Shown here: positions 8,487-18,433 of the stretch, piece by piece
Position numbering within the stretch: the stretch's first letter is position 1
Layout of the letters: each line of letters opens with the position of its first letter
Virus record (IMG/VR): IMGVR_UViG_3300024229_000651
Direction: 5' to 3' (one strand)
DNA from: a virus
Lineage: Duplodnaviria; Caudoviricetes
DNA length: 64,000 bases
The notes under the pieces: generated by a model
The model's input: only the letters and a program-made list of their open reading frames with translations
Told to the model about the DNA's origin: nothing
The model's database searches: none
Made by a program: the position numbers and the translations under genes

Positions 8487-9050
8487 ATGAAAAAGATTGC
8501 TATAACAGGACATACACAGGGCATAGGCAAAGCAGTTGTAGATTTATGCAAACATGATTACGAAATTTTAGGATTTAGTAGAGCCACTGGGCATAATTTA
8601 CTGAAGCCTGGTGTTGTAGAAAGAATATTTGAAGAAGCAAAAGACTGTGACATTTTTATTAACAATGCTTTTTCCACAGATGCACAAATGAAGCTATTTG
8701 ATTTATTTTATAATCACTGGAAAGATGATGTGACAAAGTTTATCATTAATGTTAACAGTAAAAATAGATTTCGGGCAGGCGATGGTAGCTTCGGAGATAA
8801 TGGTTACGCCGCTGTAAAAGCACTATTGCATAAACAGTGGATAGACGTATTACATGAATCTGGGAGACTATGTAAAATATCAAACATATCTCCGGGATTT
8901 GTTGATACATATTTAATAAGTCATTTTTCTGTACCTGAGTGGCTCAAACAGCCGCCAGAAGAATGTGCAGAAACAATTATGTGGCTTATTAACCAGCCAG
9001 ATAATGTAGAAATAGGCGAAGTAAGTTATTGGAGACGTAAGGCACAATGA
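8487..9050 (+). CDS. Short-chain dehydrogenase/reductase, copy 2
   Basis: TGHTQGIG, FINNA, YAAVK, SPGFVDT; paralog of 7904. Confidence 0.85.
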   Translation: MKKIAITGHTQGIGKAVVDLCKHDYEILGFSRATGHNLLKPGVVERIFEEAKDCDIFINNAFSTDAQMKLFDLFYNHWKDDVTKFIINVNSKNRFRAGDGSFGDNGYAAVKALLHKQWIDVLHESGRLCKISNISPGFVDTYLISHFSVPEWLKQPPEECAETIMWLINQPDNVEIGEVSYWRRKAQ

Positions 9051-10666
9051 AAAAAGCTATAATATACCCAGGTCGGTTTCAACCAATGCTACCACATCAC
9101 GCAGAAGTATATCGCAGACTGCAAAGTACTTTTCCTGATGCTGATGTATTTGTTGCTACATCGGACAAAGTTGATCCTCCGAAAAGCCCTTTTCCATTTT
9201 CTGAGAAGGTACAAATCATGCAAGAAATGCATGGCATACCTAAAGACAAAATTTTAATTGCTCCCCAACCGTACCTAGTAGACAGTTTCAAAGACAAGTT
9301 TGACTCTGAAAATACAATGGTTATTTTTGCGGTGGGTGAAAAAGACAATGACCGTTTTCCTATGAACAATGTTGATCCTGCTACAGGATTAGATATGACT
9401 GTGCGCGGAGTTACCAGGCCAAAATACTATCAGATGATAAATACATTAAAGACTGATCCTCCCATGTCAATGAATGAGCGAGGTTATATTTACAATGCTC
9501 CAAGCATTGAAGGATTGGACGGAGAAGTAGCTAGTGCAAGTGCTTTTAGAGAAGCATTCACAAGTGTTGATAACGAACAGCAGCAACGTGCTATATTTGA
9601 AAAATATATGGGTACGTTTAACGAAAATATATTTGCACTGTTTAAGAATAAACTAATAGGTGATAAAATGAAAGAATCAATTGAAAAACTAAAATTTTTA
9701 GCAGGAATGTTAGAAAGTGCTCCTGTAGATTTTGATGATGAACCAGAAGCACGTTTATCCGATGAAGAAGATGATGACTTGAAGCCAGGCTTTGCTCAAA
9801 AAGGCATGATCAATCAGTTAGGTAAAATTGCTGACAGCGAAGATGCTAGTCAAGATGCTGATTCAATGAAAGTTAAAAAGTTTTCTAAGCTAACTACTGT
9901 TACAACAGATGATGGCGATGAAATAGAACTATCAGGAAGCGAAGCTAAAGCTCTTATTAAAATGTTTAACATGTTATCTGCACAAAGAGCTGGTGACGAG
10001 CAATCACCTAGAGAAAGATTCATCCGTGCTATCCAAACTACAAAAGGTTTAGACAGCATGACCGCTTTTGCTAAAGCAAAAGGACTTGTAGAAGAAACTG
10101 CTGAAGATCAGTATACATTAGATTTCGATGACATCCGTTCAGACTATGGCACTGAAGACAAAAGCAAACGTCAGATAATGGACGCTGTAGTACAGGAATT
10201 GGCTGAGTTGGCTAAATGGGTACAGGAAGCAGATTATCGTTGGAGTGAAAGTATGTATGACGAGTTCAATGCCGCAATTGAACCTATACTGGACCACGAA
10301 GATCTTATAAAACAATTAATGGACCCACAGCATGAAGTAATTTATCCTGAAATGGAAGAAGAGGACGAAGGAACGATTAAGTCAATAATAGATAGATTGG
10401 CAAAGAGATTGGCAGATTTTAGAGTAGGCTCTGTAAAAGAAACTGCTGTAGACGAAGAAGAGATCGATGAAGTTGCAGGACCTGAAGATTGCTGGCCCGG
10501 TCATAAGAAAGTTGGTACACAACCAGGAACAGGCAAGAACAAAGGCAAGCGTGTTAACAAATGCGTTAAAGAAGAAGAAGATGATGACGAAAGTGCATTA
10601 GAAGAAACTACTAATATCGCGATGGCAGCTGCATTAGAAGAGTTAAGAAAATTAGCAGGCATTTAA
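9047..10666 (+). CDS. Cytidyltransferase-like (HIGH superfamily) domain fused to an acidic modular region
   Basis: IIYPGRFQPMLPHH, ATSDK, PFPFSEK, SASAFR in aa1-207; then acidic modules, CWPGHKK...NKCVKE, C-terminal LRKLAGI. Confidence 0.7.
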   Translation: MKKAIIYPGRFQPMLPHHAEVYRRLQSTFPDADVFVATSDKVDPPKSPFPFSEKVQIMQEMHGIPKDKILIAPQPYLVDSFKDKFDSENTMVIFAVGEKDNDRFPMNNVDPATGLDMTVRGVTRPKYYQMINTLKTDPPMSMNERGYIYNAPSIEGLDGEVASASAFREAFTSVDNEQQQRAIFEKYMGTFNENIFALFKNKLIGDKMKESIEKLKFLAGMLESAPVDFDDEPEARLSDEEDDDLKPGFAQKGMINQLGKIADSEDASQDADSMKVKKFSKLTTVTTDDGDEIELSGSEAKALIKMFNMLSAQRAGDEQSPRERFIRAIQTTKGLDSMTAFAKAKGLVEETAEDQYTLDFDDIRSDYGTEDKSKRQIMDAVVQELAELAKWVQEADYRWSESMYDEFNAAIEPILDHEDLIKQLMDPQHEVIYPEMEEEDEGTIKSIIDRLAKRLADFRVGSVKETAVDEEEIDEVAGPEDCWPGHKKVGTQPGTGKNKGKRVNKCVKEEEDDDESALEETTNIAMAAALEELRKLAGI

Positions 10667-10667
10667 T

Positions 10668-10961
10668 ATGAACGAAATGCGTAAATTAATGGAGACTGTT
10701 GCTCCGCTATTTCAAGAAGAGCAGCCAGTTGTAGAAGCAAATACAACAGAAGCTGTTGAGGAACTTCATAGCATTCTAGACCATCTTGAAGAGCTAGGCG
10801 AACAAGCAAGAAATATTGTAGCAATGCTTGATCGAGGAGAAGCCGAAAGATTAGATGCGTACGGCGCATTTGATTTTGGTAGTAGCTCAAACAGGCACGA
10901 TACTACACTAGCAGGTTTTGTGGAAGACTTAGAAAGCGGACAGTATGATGAACGAGATTGA
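10668..10961 (+). CDS. Hypothetical acidic protein
   Basis: 97-aa ORF coupled to the upstream stop; starts MNEMRKLMET. Confidence 0.65.
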   Translation: MNEMRKLMETVAPLFQEEQPVVEANTTEAVEELHSILDHLEELGEQARNIVAMLDRGEAERLDAYGAFDFGSSSNRHDTTLAGFVEDLESGQYDERD

Positions 10962-11283
10962 TAGAATTAAATATTTGTCAGGGATAATCAACGAAGAAGA
11001 TGTAACAAAAGTTGCTGTTGGACATGTTGACGACGAATCTGATATGATGCGCAAAGAGCTTTACAAAATTGGAAAGCAGTCCATAGAACTTTACAAAATG
11101 ATGGGCGAATTGCCAGACGGAGATTTCCCTCACTGGTTTCAATCTAAACTCGTCAAAGCAGGCGAATATATTAGCTCTGCAAAACATTATCTAGAAGGTG
11201 AGCTATATGCACCTGAGCAAGAAGAAACTGCACTAGACAAGCAAGACGATGTCGACGACGATTTAAGTCCCTCAGGAGTTTAA
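10945..11283 (+). CDS. Hypothetical head-associated-like protein
   Basis: IDRIKYLSGIINEE N-terminus; helical GHVDDESDMMRKELYKI...WFQSKLVKAGEYISSAKHYLE module. Confidence 0.6.
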   Translation: MMNEIDRIKYLSGIINEEDVTKVAVGHVDDESDMMRKELYKIGKQSIELYKMMGELPDGDFPHWFQSKLVKAGEYISSAKHYLEGELYAPEQEETALDKQDDVDDDLSPSGV

Positions 11284-11293
11284 TACAAAGTCA

Positions 11294-11326
11294 TAAAAAA
11301 AGGAGCATTGATTGCTCCTTTTTTAT
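11294..11326. terminator. Bidirectional intrinsic terminator
   Basis: A-run, GGAGCA-loop-TGCTCC, T-run between convergent gene blocks. Confidence 0.85.
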
Positions 11327-11344
11327 TATCTGATATAAAGTTTG

Positions 11345-12103
11345 TTAACCGGTTTTCTCAATAAAAACAGGATTATGTATACACCACATCGGTGGTAGTC
11401 TTCTTGATACTATTCTAGCAGTGTCTGGTAAATTAATACTCAAATATTCATCTAAGTACTGTGCGTTCCAAAACCAAGAATAATGTGTAGCTTCTACAAC
11501 GGCATCTTCGCCTGAAGTGGCTACACGTTCTACGTTTGTTTGAAGATTATCATTATCAATCAGACAAATCACATCAGCATTTTCTGTATCTTCAACTAGT
11601 CCGGTAGGCAATACTCCGTACTCGTGTGTCCTACGGACAATAAAGTAATTTAATGCAACTTCACGTATAAATGTACCAAACACAATTGCACCGCCAACAT
11701 TTAAATGTTCATAGCATTCGCTAATAATGTTTTTTAATATCTCAGGATCTAAATTACCTGTTTTCATATATGAAAAAATGATATCAAACTTTTCATCCGG
11801 AGAAGACCATGGCATAGGTTCATCTATGTTACCTTCTGGATTATTCATTTGATTATGATGATTCCACTCACGGAAGTCTGCGTTAGGAAACATTTCTCTG
11901 CCTTCCTCTATCGCTTCAGCATCAAATTCAAACACTGTGTAATTTTCTTCTTTGAATTCGCACTCCGGATCATTGAGTAATGTTCCTGCGTTTCCGTACA
12001 ATTCTAAAATTTTTGTGTCCGCAAAAACTGGAGTGTTGTAAGATGAACTGCCTAATGTAGTATTAATATATCCAAATTTAGGAATATATGCTTCGATAGT
12101 CAT
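11345..12103 (-). CDS. Class I SAM methyltransferase-like protein (degenerate motif I)
   Basis: KILELYGNAG, FDIIFSY, HLNVGG; paralog of 15853. Confidence 0.55.
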   Translation of the reverse strand: MTIEAYIPKFGYINTTLGSSSYNTPVFADTKILELYGNAGTLLNDPECEFKEENYTVFEFDAEAIEEGREMFPNADFREWNHHNQMNNPEGNIDEPMPWSSPDEKFDIIFSYMKTGNLDPEILKNIISECYEHLNVGGAIVFGTFIREVALNYFIVRRTHEYGVLPTGLVEDTENADVICLIDNDNLQTNVERVATSGEDAVVEATHYSWFWNAQYLDEYLSINLPDTARIVSRRLPPMWCIHNPVFIEKTG

Positions 12104-12128
12104 TGATGTATCCTTTGTGTGTTAAAGA

Positions 12129-12135
12129 TATTTAT
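12129..12135 (-). promoter_or_regulatory. Late-type promoter ATAAATA
   Basis: Upstream of AAGGA RBS and ATG 12103. Confidence 0.55.
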
Positions 12136-12819
12136 CTACCCTAAAAATTCGTCTTTATCCAAACTGGCAATCAGGTGTATACGTACTTCATTGCTGTAAT
12201 TAGTTGCACAATGAATTTTTGATGTGTCTAACAGATACGAATTAGGTGTCTTAAAATTAGCCATTTGTAGCGTAATTTCTTCACCTGAGTGCTCAACAGA
12301 TGTGAAGTCGTCTGGCCAACCTACTATGAAAGCTCTGTTGGAAGTTTTGATAGGAAAGTGTAACCTCCATGTAAGTATAGCAGATCCTCCTTGCAAGGAA
12401 GGCATATGGTCGTGTCCATCTACGTGTATGCTTAAAGTAGTCCTAGGCGGCAATATACTAATTCGCCATCTATACGCACCTTTTATCGACTGCACAAATT
12501 CTTCTAGATATGTTCCTTGTATTTGCTTCAAGGGATGTATGTATTGCCTTTCGTTAAGCATTTCGTTCTGTTCTCTAGTGAGCTGTGTAGACAAACTAAC
12601 CGATGTATCTAGTCTTGTATTGTTAACAAACGTTTTGCCGGCGATACCATCTGCCCAGTCAGTAGAATCTTTCTCAGAAACTGTTATACTCTGATTTCGA
12701 TATGCTAAAATTTCATTCTCTGTGCCGGCTGCCTCTGCGATAATAGAGTTATACGTAGTAAGGACATCCTTACGTAACTTCATAAAATCAAAGTCTACAT
12801 CTACTTTTTCAAAAATCAT
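12136..12819 (-). CDS. Fe(II)/2OG-type DSBH oxygenase (Asp/Asn hydroxylase-like)
   Basis: LSIHVDG, RLHFPIKT, IHCATNYSNEVRIHLI. Confidence 0.65.
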   Translation of the reverse strand: MIFEKVDVDFDFMKLRKDVLTTYNSIIAEAAGTENEILAYRNQSITVSEKDSTDWADGIAGKTFVNNTRLDTSVSLSTQLTREQNEMLNERQYIHPLKQIQGTYLEEFVQSIKGAYRWRISILPPRTTLSIHVDGHDHMPSLQGGSAILTWRLHFPIKTSNRAFIVGWPDDFTSVEHSGEEITLQMANFKTPNSYLLDTSKIHCATNYSNEVRIHLIASLDKDEFLG

Positions 12820-13487
12820 AACGGTATATTAGTGGAGTCCGATAAATGCAACGAGTCAGGTCCAACCATTCCAGTAATAGTTAAACAATATCTAGGCCAA
12901 TAGCCTACATTACCAGTAGCATGATAGATACCTTCTCTCCAGCAGTGTATATCCCCGATTTTATACTGGTGTAATACTGTATTACCAATTAATACATAGT
13001 GTCCCCAATTCCAATCGTTTAACTGAACAAGATACCTAATTATTTCTGTGTCGTCACTGACTTTTGCAAAATTACGTCTATAATTATTATAACTGTCCCT
13101 ATGCCAGGGTATAGACTTACCTGGTGGTTGTTTTAAAAACATTATTTGCGGATTTACCAAACCCGACTTCTCTGCCATTTTATGAAACAAGTTTGGTAAA
13201 TTATTGCGGCGTTGCATGCCTCCGGTATTGTGTTGAGTGAATCCAGCTGAAGTAATATCGTTGTGATACCCTTCCATTATGCTTTGTGCTTCTGGGTTAT
13301 ATGCTGTTCCCTTGAACTCTACTTCGCTATATGCATCAGTGCTTTCAAAACCATCGTCTGCTAATTTTACAGCATCGTTCAAATCTTCGTGAACAAATCT
13401 GCCAACATGTGTGACGTCATTGTATGCACATGAAGGATCATAATGCCAATCAAAATTTTCGTTATTCCAATCCCAATAACTTTTCAT
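12816..13487 (-). CDS. Fe(II)/2OG-type DSBH oxygenase
   Basis: QPPGKSIPWHRD, YHATGNVGYWPRYCLTITG. Confidence 0.65.
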   Translation of the reverse strand: MKSYWDWNNENFDWHYDPSCAYNDVTHVGRFVHEDLNDAVKLADDGFESTDAYSEVEFKGTAYNPEAQSIMEGYHNDITSAGFTQHNTGGMQRRNNLPNLFHKMAEKSGLVNPQIMFLKQPPGKSIPWHRDSYNNYRRNFAKVSDDTEIIRYLVQLNDWNWGHYVLIGNTVLHQYKIGDIHCWREGIYHATGNVGYWPRYCLTITGMVGPDSLHLSDSTNIPL

Positions 13488-13489
13488 TG

Positions 13490-14200
13490 TTAATAAAATT
13501 CTCCTGTAAAAAATATTCGTCTATGCACATTGTTTGAGCAAAAATCTGTTCCGTGCCAAGTATCAGCACCAGGTGCCCACATCATCGCATATCCGTTTAC
13601 ATATTCTATTTCTTTTATTAAATTAAAACCAGAGTAGCCGCCGTCATCGTTATAGCCAGCCTCTTTTTTCGTATATAATTTTGTACCATATTCAGCATAA
13701 TCGCGAGAATCATCTCCGGTGTACATCACAAGTTTTATTATCCCGACTTCCGTTGATAATCGATTGATTGTATTTTCTCGAATTAGTTCTACTGGATCAT
13801 CCGTATGCGGATATAACACTGCCGATTCTAACTCTATACTAGTTTGATTAACAACTGTTGATTCATTAGGAGTACAATTCCACTTGGCTTCTGCCGCTGA
13901 ATTATATTGTTTAGAAAAATACTCTTGTGATATAAGATTAAGTAAGTCCGTTGGATAGTCATACATCAGCTCGTCAGGTATATCGTCAAATGTACCTCTC
14001 GGAAATCCCACGTTAGCCTGCGCGGATCCGTTAATTACATTTGAAAACGGTTGTGATTTCATACCTATATTGAAAGTCCTTGTGCATAGTTCTTTTAGAG
14101 TATCACTAGTAAACACGATATGTTTAAACGGATGATCGTATACATAAAGCTCTAAACTACTATCAAATTCTGCTAGTTTTTCATTTTTTATTTTTTTCAT
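13490..14200 (-). CDS. 2OG-Fe(II) oxygenase
   Basis: LYPHTD, YGTKLY, TWHGT...RRIF. Confidence 0.6.
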   Translation of the reverse strand: MKKIKNEKLAEFDSSLELYVYDHPFKHIVFTSDTLKELCTRTFNIGMKSQPFSNVINGSAQANVGFPRGTFDDIPDELMYDYPTDLLNLISQEYFSKQYNSAAEAKWNCTPNESTVVNQTSIELESAVLYPHTDDPVELIRENTINRLSTEVGIIKLVMYTGDDSRDYAEYGTKLYTKKEAGYNDDGGYSGFNLIKEIEYVNGYAMMWAPGADTWHGTDFCSNNVHRRIFFTGEFY

Positions 14201-15035
14201 AATTTGTTACTAACTCCTCTGCTTGCTCTCCCCAAAACTTACCAGCTTTAGGACCTCCATTTGCTTTTCCATCGCTCTCACCAGGTATTTTAATCCATAG
14301 GAATGCATCACATTTTTCTTCGCCTGTATCTGTAGTAGGAGGAGAGCCTAACGATCTTCCAGGAGGATTACACCATTCGTTTCCATGTGGGCCGTTGCCG
14401 TTGCGACTAGTGTCTATAACAAAATGATCGTTTGGTCTGAGCTCGCATATTTTTAATGCCCATTCCATGCTTTCTTTTGTTGTTCGATAATTACTTACAT
14501 TTACCGAAAATCCTTTAACCTTATCGTTACATACACTATTTAACAATTTTGCAGAATCTTCGGCATTTAGCCAATTACTGTGTCCTATATCAACGTACAC
14601 AAGCGCATTGCATCTGCTAGTAAAAATTTCAAGACCTTCTCTCATCATATCTAGACGCCATGATGCTTCGTCCTCGTCCATTTCAACTGTATGAGGAAGA
14701 CTGTCAGGTTCAAATATTACTATCGGAGACTGGTCTTTTATGCCATCAGCGAAACTTTCTAAAAAGTAAAAATAACTATCTTTAGAATGTGCTCCGCCTT
14801 TACTATAGTGTCCCATATCTCTATTAGGCATATTGTAAACAACTAATATAGGCAAGCAAGGATGTGTTCTTTTTAGCAATCTAACAATACTATGATCTAA
14901 GTCACGCATTTCTTTGCCGTTTCGCTCACCATACCAGAACGAGACCGGATGGTTGAATATTTTACTTGCTAAAGGATATTTTAGTTTGTGATCTCTTACT
15001 CTATCGAAGTTGTTGACCCAGAGAGGATAGTCCAT
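14181..15035 (-). CDS. Glycoside hydrolase family 6 (endoglucanase-like)
   Basis: VVYNMPNRD, IFEPDSL, YVDIGHSNW, GFSVNVSNY, FVIDTSRNG, WCNPPGR, DAFLWIKIPGESDG. Confidence 0.92.
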   Translation of the reverse strand: MDYPLWVNNFDRVRDHKLKYPLASKIFNHPVSFWYGERNGKEMRDLDHSIVRLLKRTHPCLPILVVYNMPNRDMGHYSKGGAHSKDSYFYFLESFADGIKDQSPIVIFEPDSLPHTVEMDEDEASWRLDMMREGLEIFTSRCNALVYVDIGHSNWLNAEDSAKLLNSVCNDKVKGFSVNVSNYRTTKESMEWALKICELRPNDHFVIDTSRNGNGPHGNEWCNPPGRSLGSPPTTDTGEEKCDAFLWIKIPGESDGKANGGPKAGKFWGEQAEELVTNYEKNKK

Positions 15036-15041
15036 AATATA

Positions 15042-15347
15042 CTATGGGAACATAGGTGCTAGTTCGTCATTGGCATGCATTTCTGTAATAATGTCACATC
15101 CGCCAACTAATTCACTGTTAATAAATAATTGCGGGAATGTAGGCCAATTGCTAACACTGGGTAATGTAGTTCTTACTTCGCTGTCTGCTAAAATATCAAT
15201 GTATGCAAACGGCTTACCCACTTGAATTAAACATTCTATTACTCTGGCACTAAAGCCGCATTGTGGTTGTTGTGGACTCCCCTTCATGAATAAAATGACG
15301 TCATTGCCATCTATCATTTCTTGTATTTGTTCTGCTACTGAGCTCAT
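15042..15347 (-). CDS. grxD: Monothiol glutaredoxin Grx4 family
   Basis: LFMKGSPQQPQCGFS, WPTFPQLFI, VGGCDI. Confidence 0.93.
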   Translation of the reverse strand: MSSVAEQIQEMIDGNDVILFMKGSPQQPQCGFSARVIECLIQVGKPFAYIDILADSEVRTTLPSVSNWPTFPQLFINSELVGGCDIITEMHANDELAPMFP

Positions 15348-15362
15348 TGAATTACCAGTTAA

Positions 15363-15491
15363 TTAATAAAAAATACCGTAAGCTGCACACCATATTTCTA
15401 GTGCAACCATATAAAGCGAATCTGCGGCGAGTATACACAACACGAGTCCTGTAGCAATTAACAATTGCTGTTTCTTTAATAATGCTAACAT
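15363..15491 (-). CDS. 42-aa hydrophobic peptide (not in ORF track)
   Basis: GGAG RBS, then MLALLKKQQLLIATGLVLCILAADSLYMVALEIWCAAYGIFY. Confidence 0.55.
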   Translation of the reverse strand: MLALLKKQQLLIATGLVLCILAADSLYMVALEIWCAAYGIFY

Positions 15492-15512
15492 ACGGACTCC
15501 TTGCTGTAAAAT

Positions 15513-15588
<76 letters not shown>

Positions 15589-15599
15589 TATATCATTAT

Positions 15600-15851
15600 T
15601 TATTCGAAATGTGATTCGAATTCATCAAAATAAGGTTGTTTTTCTTCGAAAGAATCAAACCTAACGCTATTAACGTACTCAGTGAGATCTTCTACGCTTT
15701 CTAGTGTTACAAGCATTTCCCTAGGTGATTGTTTTGTAAGTCTACAAAGTTCTGTCATTACTAAGACTAAGTGATGATGACCAATATCAAGTCTTTCGCA
15801 CAGTAAACGTACATCAGGTTGGTAGTCGGTTTGTGTGGTATCGTCTATCAT
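15600..15851 (-). CDS. Hypothetical protein
   Basis: 83-aa ORF, coupled to upstream gene. Confidence 0.6.
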   Translation of the reverse strand: MIDDTTQTDYQPDVRLLCERLDIGHHHLVLVMTELCRLTKQSPREMLVTLESVEDLTEYVNSVRFDSFEEKQPYFDEFESHFE

Positions 15852-15852
15852 T

Positions 15853-16617
15853 TTATTTTCTCCCGTTTTTTACTATAATTGTTTTTTGTACGTGTCCAGT
15901 CGTAGGAAAACGCATAACATTTTTATACCCAGCTTCCTCAAGTTGTTTAGATAGCCAACCTGGATGGTAGACCGAAACCATATGTTCTAGATGTTTATCT
16001 GAATACAATTCATCGACAATAAGATCACTGTCCACAAGGTACTTGTAATCAACAACACTGGTTTGAAGTTCTTCTATTGTAACACAGCGTCTATTTGGAT
16101 AGTCTACCTTACGTTTCTCTAGGAACCACTCTGCTCCTTGTAAGTCTACAAATGTGACAGCTATCTGTCCGAACGGCTTACATACTCTTCTCATTTCAGC
16201 AAAATCAAAAAGTAATTGTTCATATGTAGTATGACTGTAAACACTATATGCTAATACAAAATCAAACGTGTTATCCTCGTACGGAAATAATAGTTCTTTC
16301 TCTCCTGCAGGATTATACATATGGTTAAATGCATTATGGTGTTTCCAATTAGCAGTCGGACATAATTTCTCACCATAATTTAACGCATCGTTGTTTACAT
16401 CTAAGCAATAATAATTTTCAGGATCAACATCGTTAGATCCATCAACACAATCTAGGATGAAGTTGCCGCAGTTGCCGCCGATGTCTAATATTTTCTTATC
16501 TTTCCACTCGGGCTTACGTAAAATTACATCAAAGAATTTAAAACGTTGCACTCTGGGAAATATACTACTGTTAGTAGAATACCGATTAGTACCTGCTATA
16601 TCTATTGCTGTGTCCAT
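15853..16617 (-). CDS. Class I SAM-dependent methyltransferase
   Basis: KILDIGGNCGN, CLDVN, FPYEDNTFDFVLAYSVYSH, RRVCKPFG. Confidence 0.85.
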   Translation of the reverse strand: MDTAIDIAGTNRYSTNSSIFPRVQRFKFFDVILRKPEWKDKKILDIGGNCGNFILDCVDGSNDVDPENYYCLDVNNDALNYGEKLCPTANWKHHNAFNHMYNPAGEKELLFPYEDNTFDFVLAYSVYSHTTYEQLLFDFAEMRRVCKPFGQIAVTFVDLQGAEWFLEKRKVDYPNRRCVTIEELQTSVVDYKYLVDSDLIVDELYSDKHLEHMVSVYHPGWLSKQLEEAGYKNVMRFPTTGHVQKTIIVKNGRK

Positions 16618-17480
16618 TACAGAGTAATTTTTGTATCATCGGGTAAGCGTTCTTTGCCTGATGTGTTAATACTATCAAACTGCCCTGCGCCTTTGGGATT
16701 GTAATTTCCAAGATCAGCAAAAGGATTAATTTCTCCGGCTACATATTTTTCAAATGTACTTGGAGATTCTACAACGCCAATACGTTTCAAGAACCAATCA
16801 ATTTTACTAGCATGGTGCATACGAGCTTGCGTCATATTAGGATGATTGAAATCTTCTGGATCTTCTGGATTTCCTTCCTTATATACTCTGTCGGCAAATG
16901 TTTTATCATCGTTGCCGCCAGTCAAGTCTGCTCTATCATGCAAAATTTCAATATCGATTTTTTCATAGATGCCGTTCATTCTAGCAATAACACTCACCCA
17001 TGTATCGTTTTGTGCGTTAATACTCCAAGCGTCACATAGAACAAACCAGTCTGCAGGAATAATTGGAAAAATTGCGAAAGGGTGGTCATGATTATCTTTA
17101 GGGGACAATAACTTAAACTGTCCGTCATTTTCCCTAACAGTGTCGTCCCATCCTTTAGTCTGCATTAGTGCATCATCATTCCAAAGGAACAACCATTCTC
17201 CTGTTGATGCATGGCATAACAAGTTCACGTAAACATTTAATTTACTATAGCCCAATGGCTTAAACATTTTTGCTTTACATCCGCATCCATATGGCTTAAC
17301 AAAGTCACCAGCTTCCTTATTGATCCACTCAATAGTTTCTTGGTCGTCTTCATCTACACCCAACATAATTTCAACCGTTGATGGATCGGAAGCATTATCT
17401 AATAAACTCTTTAAACTTTTCTGTAATGCACCGGATGCACGACCTCGAGTGGGTAAAATTATACTAACTCTATTTTTCAT
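16617..17480 (-). CDS. Glycosyltransferase family 2-like (GT-A)
   Basis: VSIILPTRGR, LGVDEDD, FLWNDDA, NDTWV. Confidence 0.85.
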   Translation of the reverse strand: MKNRVSIILPTRGRASGALQKSLKSLLDNASDPSTVEIMLGVDEDDQETIEWINKEAGDFVKPYGCGCKAKMFKPLGYSKLNVYVNLLCHASTGEWLFLWNDDALMQTKGWDDTVRENDGQFKLLSPKDNHDHPFAIFPIIPADWFVLCDAWSINAQNDTWVSVIARMNGIYEKIDIEILHDRADLTGGNDDKTFADRVYKEGNPEDPEDFNHPNMTQARMHHASKIDWFLKRIGVVESPSTFEKYVAGEINPFADLGNYNPKGAGQFDSINTSGKERLPDDTKITL

Positions 17481-17481
17481 T

Positions 17482-18348
17482 TTATTTTCCTGTGATCAAT
17501 TTACGAATGTTTCCGCGGAATGTATAATGCCCAACATGATTGAGTGCTGTGCGTGGATCTAAGTATACTTCGCCACCCATATCTTGCCAGCGCCTACAGA
17601 AGGTATAATCCTCAGATAAATAACGTCTGCTTTCAGGGTCAATAATACAATCAAACAATGCGTACATATGCTTTTCAAACTTTTCATCAACATTAATGTC
17701 GTTTGCATATTTTAATTCAGTGTGCTTTTCGAACATCTGTGCTATAACTTCCTTCTTAATACACATAAATCCTGTACCAGCATCTTTAAGTTTAATAAGG
17801 TTGTCAGTTATTTGAATTTGTGGGATGGGATTTCCCTCGTCATCCTTAACAAAATCAAAGTTCACAACATAATTTGAACTGTGTCCTTCAATTGTTTCAG
17901 GAGTTTCTTCTACGTTCTTTCTAGAAGCTTCGATAATGCTGCCCCAATTAATTGCTTTTTTGGGATATGCACCAACTGTAATTGGCTTATCGTATGCTAC
18001 CATCCGCAATAGATCATTGGGATCGAATTCAATATCTGCATCAATAAAGAACAAATGCGTTGCTTCTGGGTGCTCCATAAAAAAGCTAACTAGTGTGTTT
18101 CTGCCTCTAGTAATTAGGCTTTCGTTAGCCAGTGTACTAATTGTGTACTGAATATCGTACTTGTTACATAGTATAGCAAGTCTCATCATACTTCTAAAAT
18201 ATGGCTCACCAATTTGCCCACCGTAACAAGGTGTAGCAATAAAGATATGTTTGTTTCGTAGTAGTTGGATCGGAATTTCGATCTTGGCATCTAATAAATC
18301 ATGCAGAACCTGATCTGCAGGTTTATCAGAAGTCGTGTTGTCAGACAT
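17482..18348 (-). CDS. GT-A fold glycosyltransferase-like protein
   Basis: IFIATPCYGG, ESLITRGRN, LFFIDADI, AGTGFMCI, SEDYTFC, LNHVG. Confidence 0.8.
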   Translation of the reverse strand: MSDNTTSDKPADQVLHDLLDAKIEIPIQLLRNKHIFIATPCYGGQIGEPYFRSMMRLAILCNKYDIQYTISTLANESLITRGRNTLVSFFMEHPEATHLFFIDADIEFDPNDLLRMVAYDKPITVGAYPKKAINWGSIIEASRKNVEETPETIEGHSSNYVVNFDFVKDDEGNPIPQIQITDNLIKLKDAGTGFMCIKKEVIAQMFEKHTELKYANDINVDEKFEKHMYALFDCIIDPESRRYLSEDYTFCRRWQDMGGEVYLDPRTALNHVGHYTFRGNIRKLITGK

Positions 18349-18385
18349 AATTGTGTTCCTGTGTGAATGTATGTTCTAGTATGTT

Positions 18386-18414
18386 ATACTACACTATTTA
18401 CACAATCATGTCAA
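18386..18414 (-). promoter_or_regulatory. Sigma70-like promoter with embedded late motif
   Basis: TTGACA-17-TAGTAT; GTAAATA inside the spacer (18395-18401). Confidence 0.6.
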
Positions 18415-18433
18415 TGATTATTTTGTTTTCTGG

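Noticed and set aside
9047-9667. Calling the HIGH-domain protein an NMN adenylyltransferase of an NAD reconstitution pathway
   Set aside because: The HxGH motif is degenerate and no Nampt or ADPR-PP synthase partner is in the window
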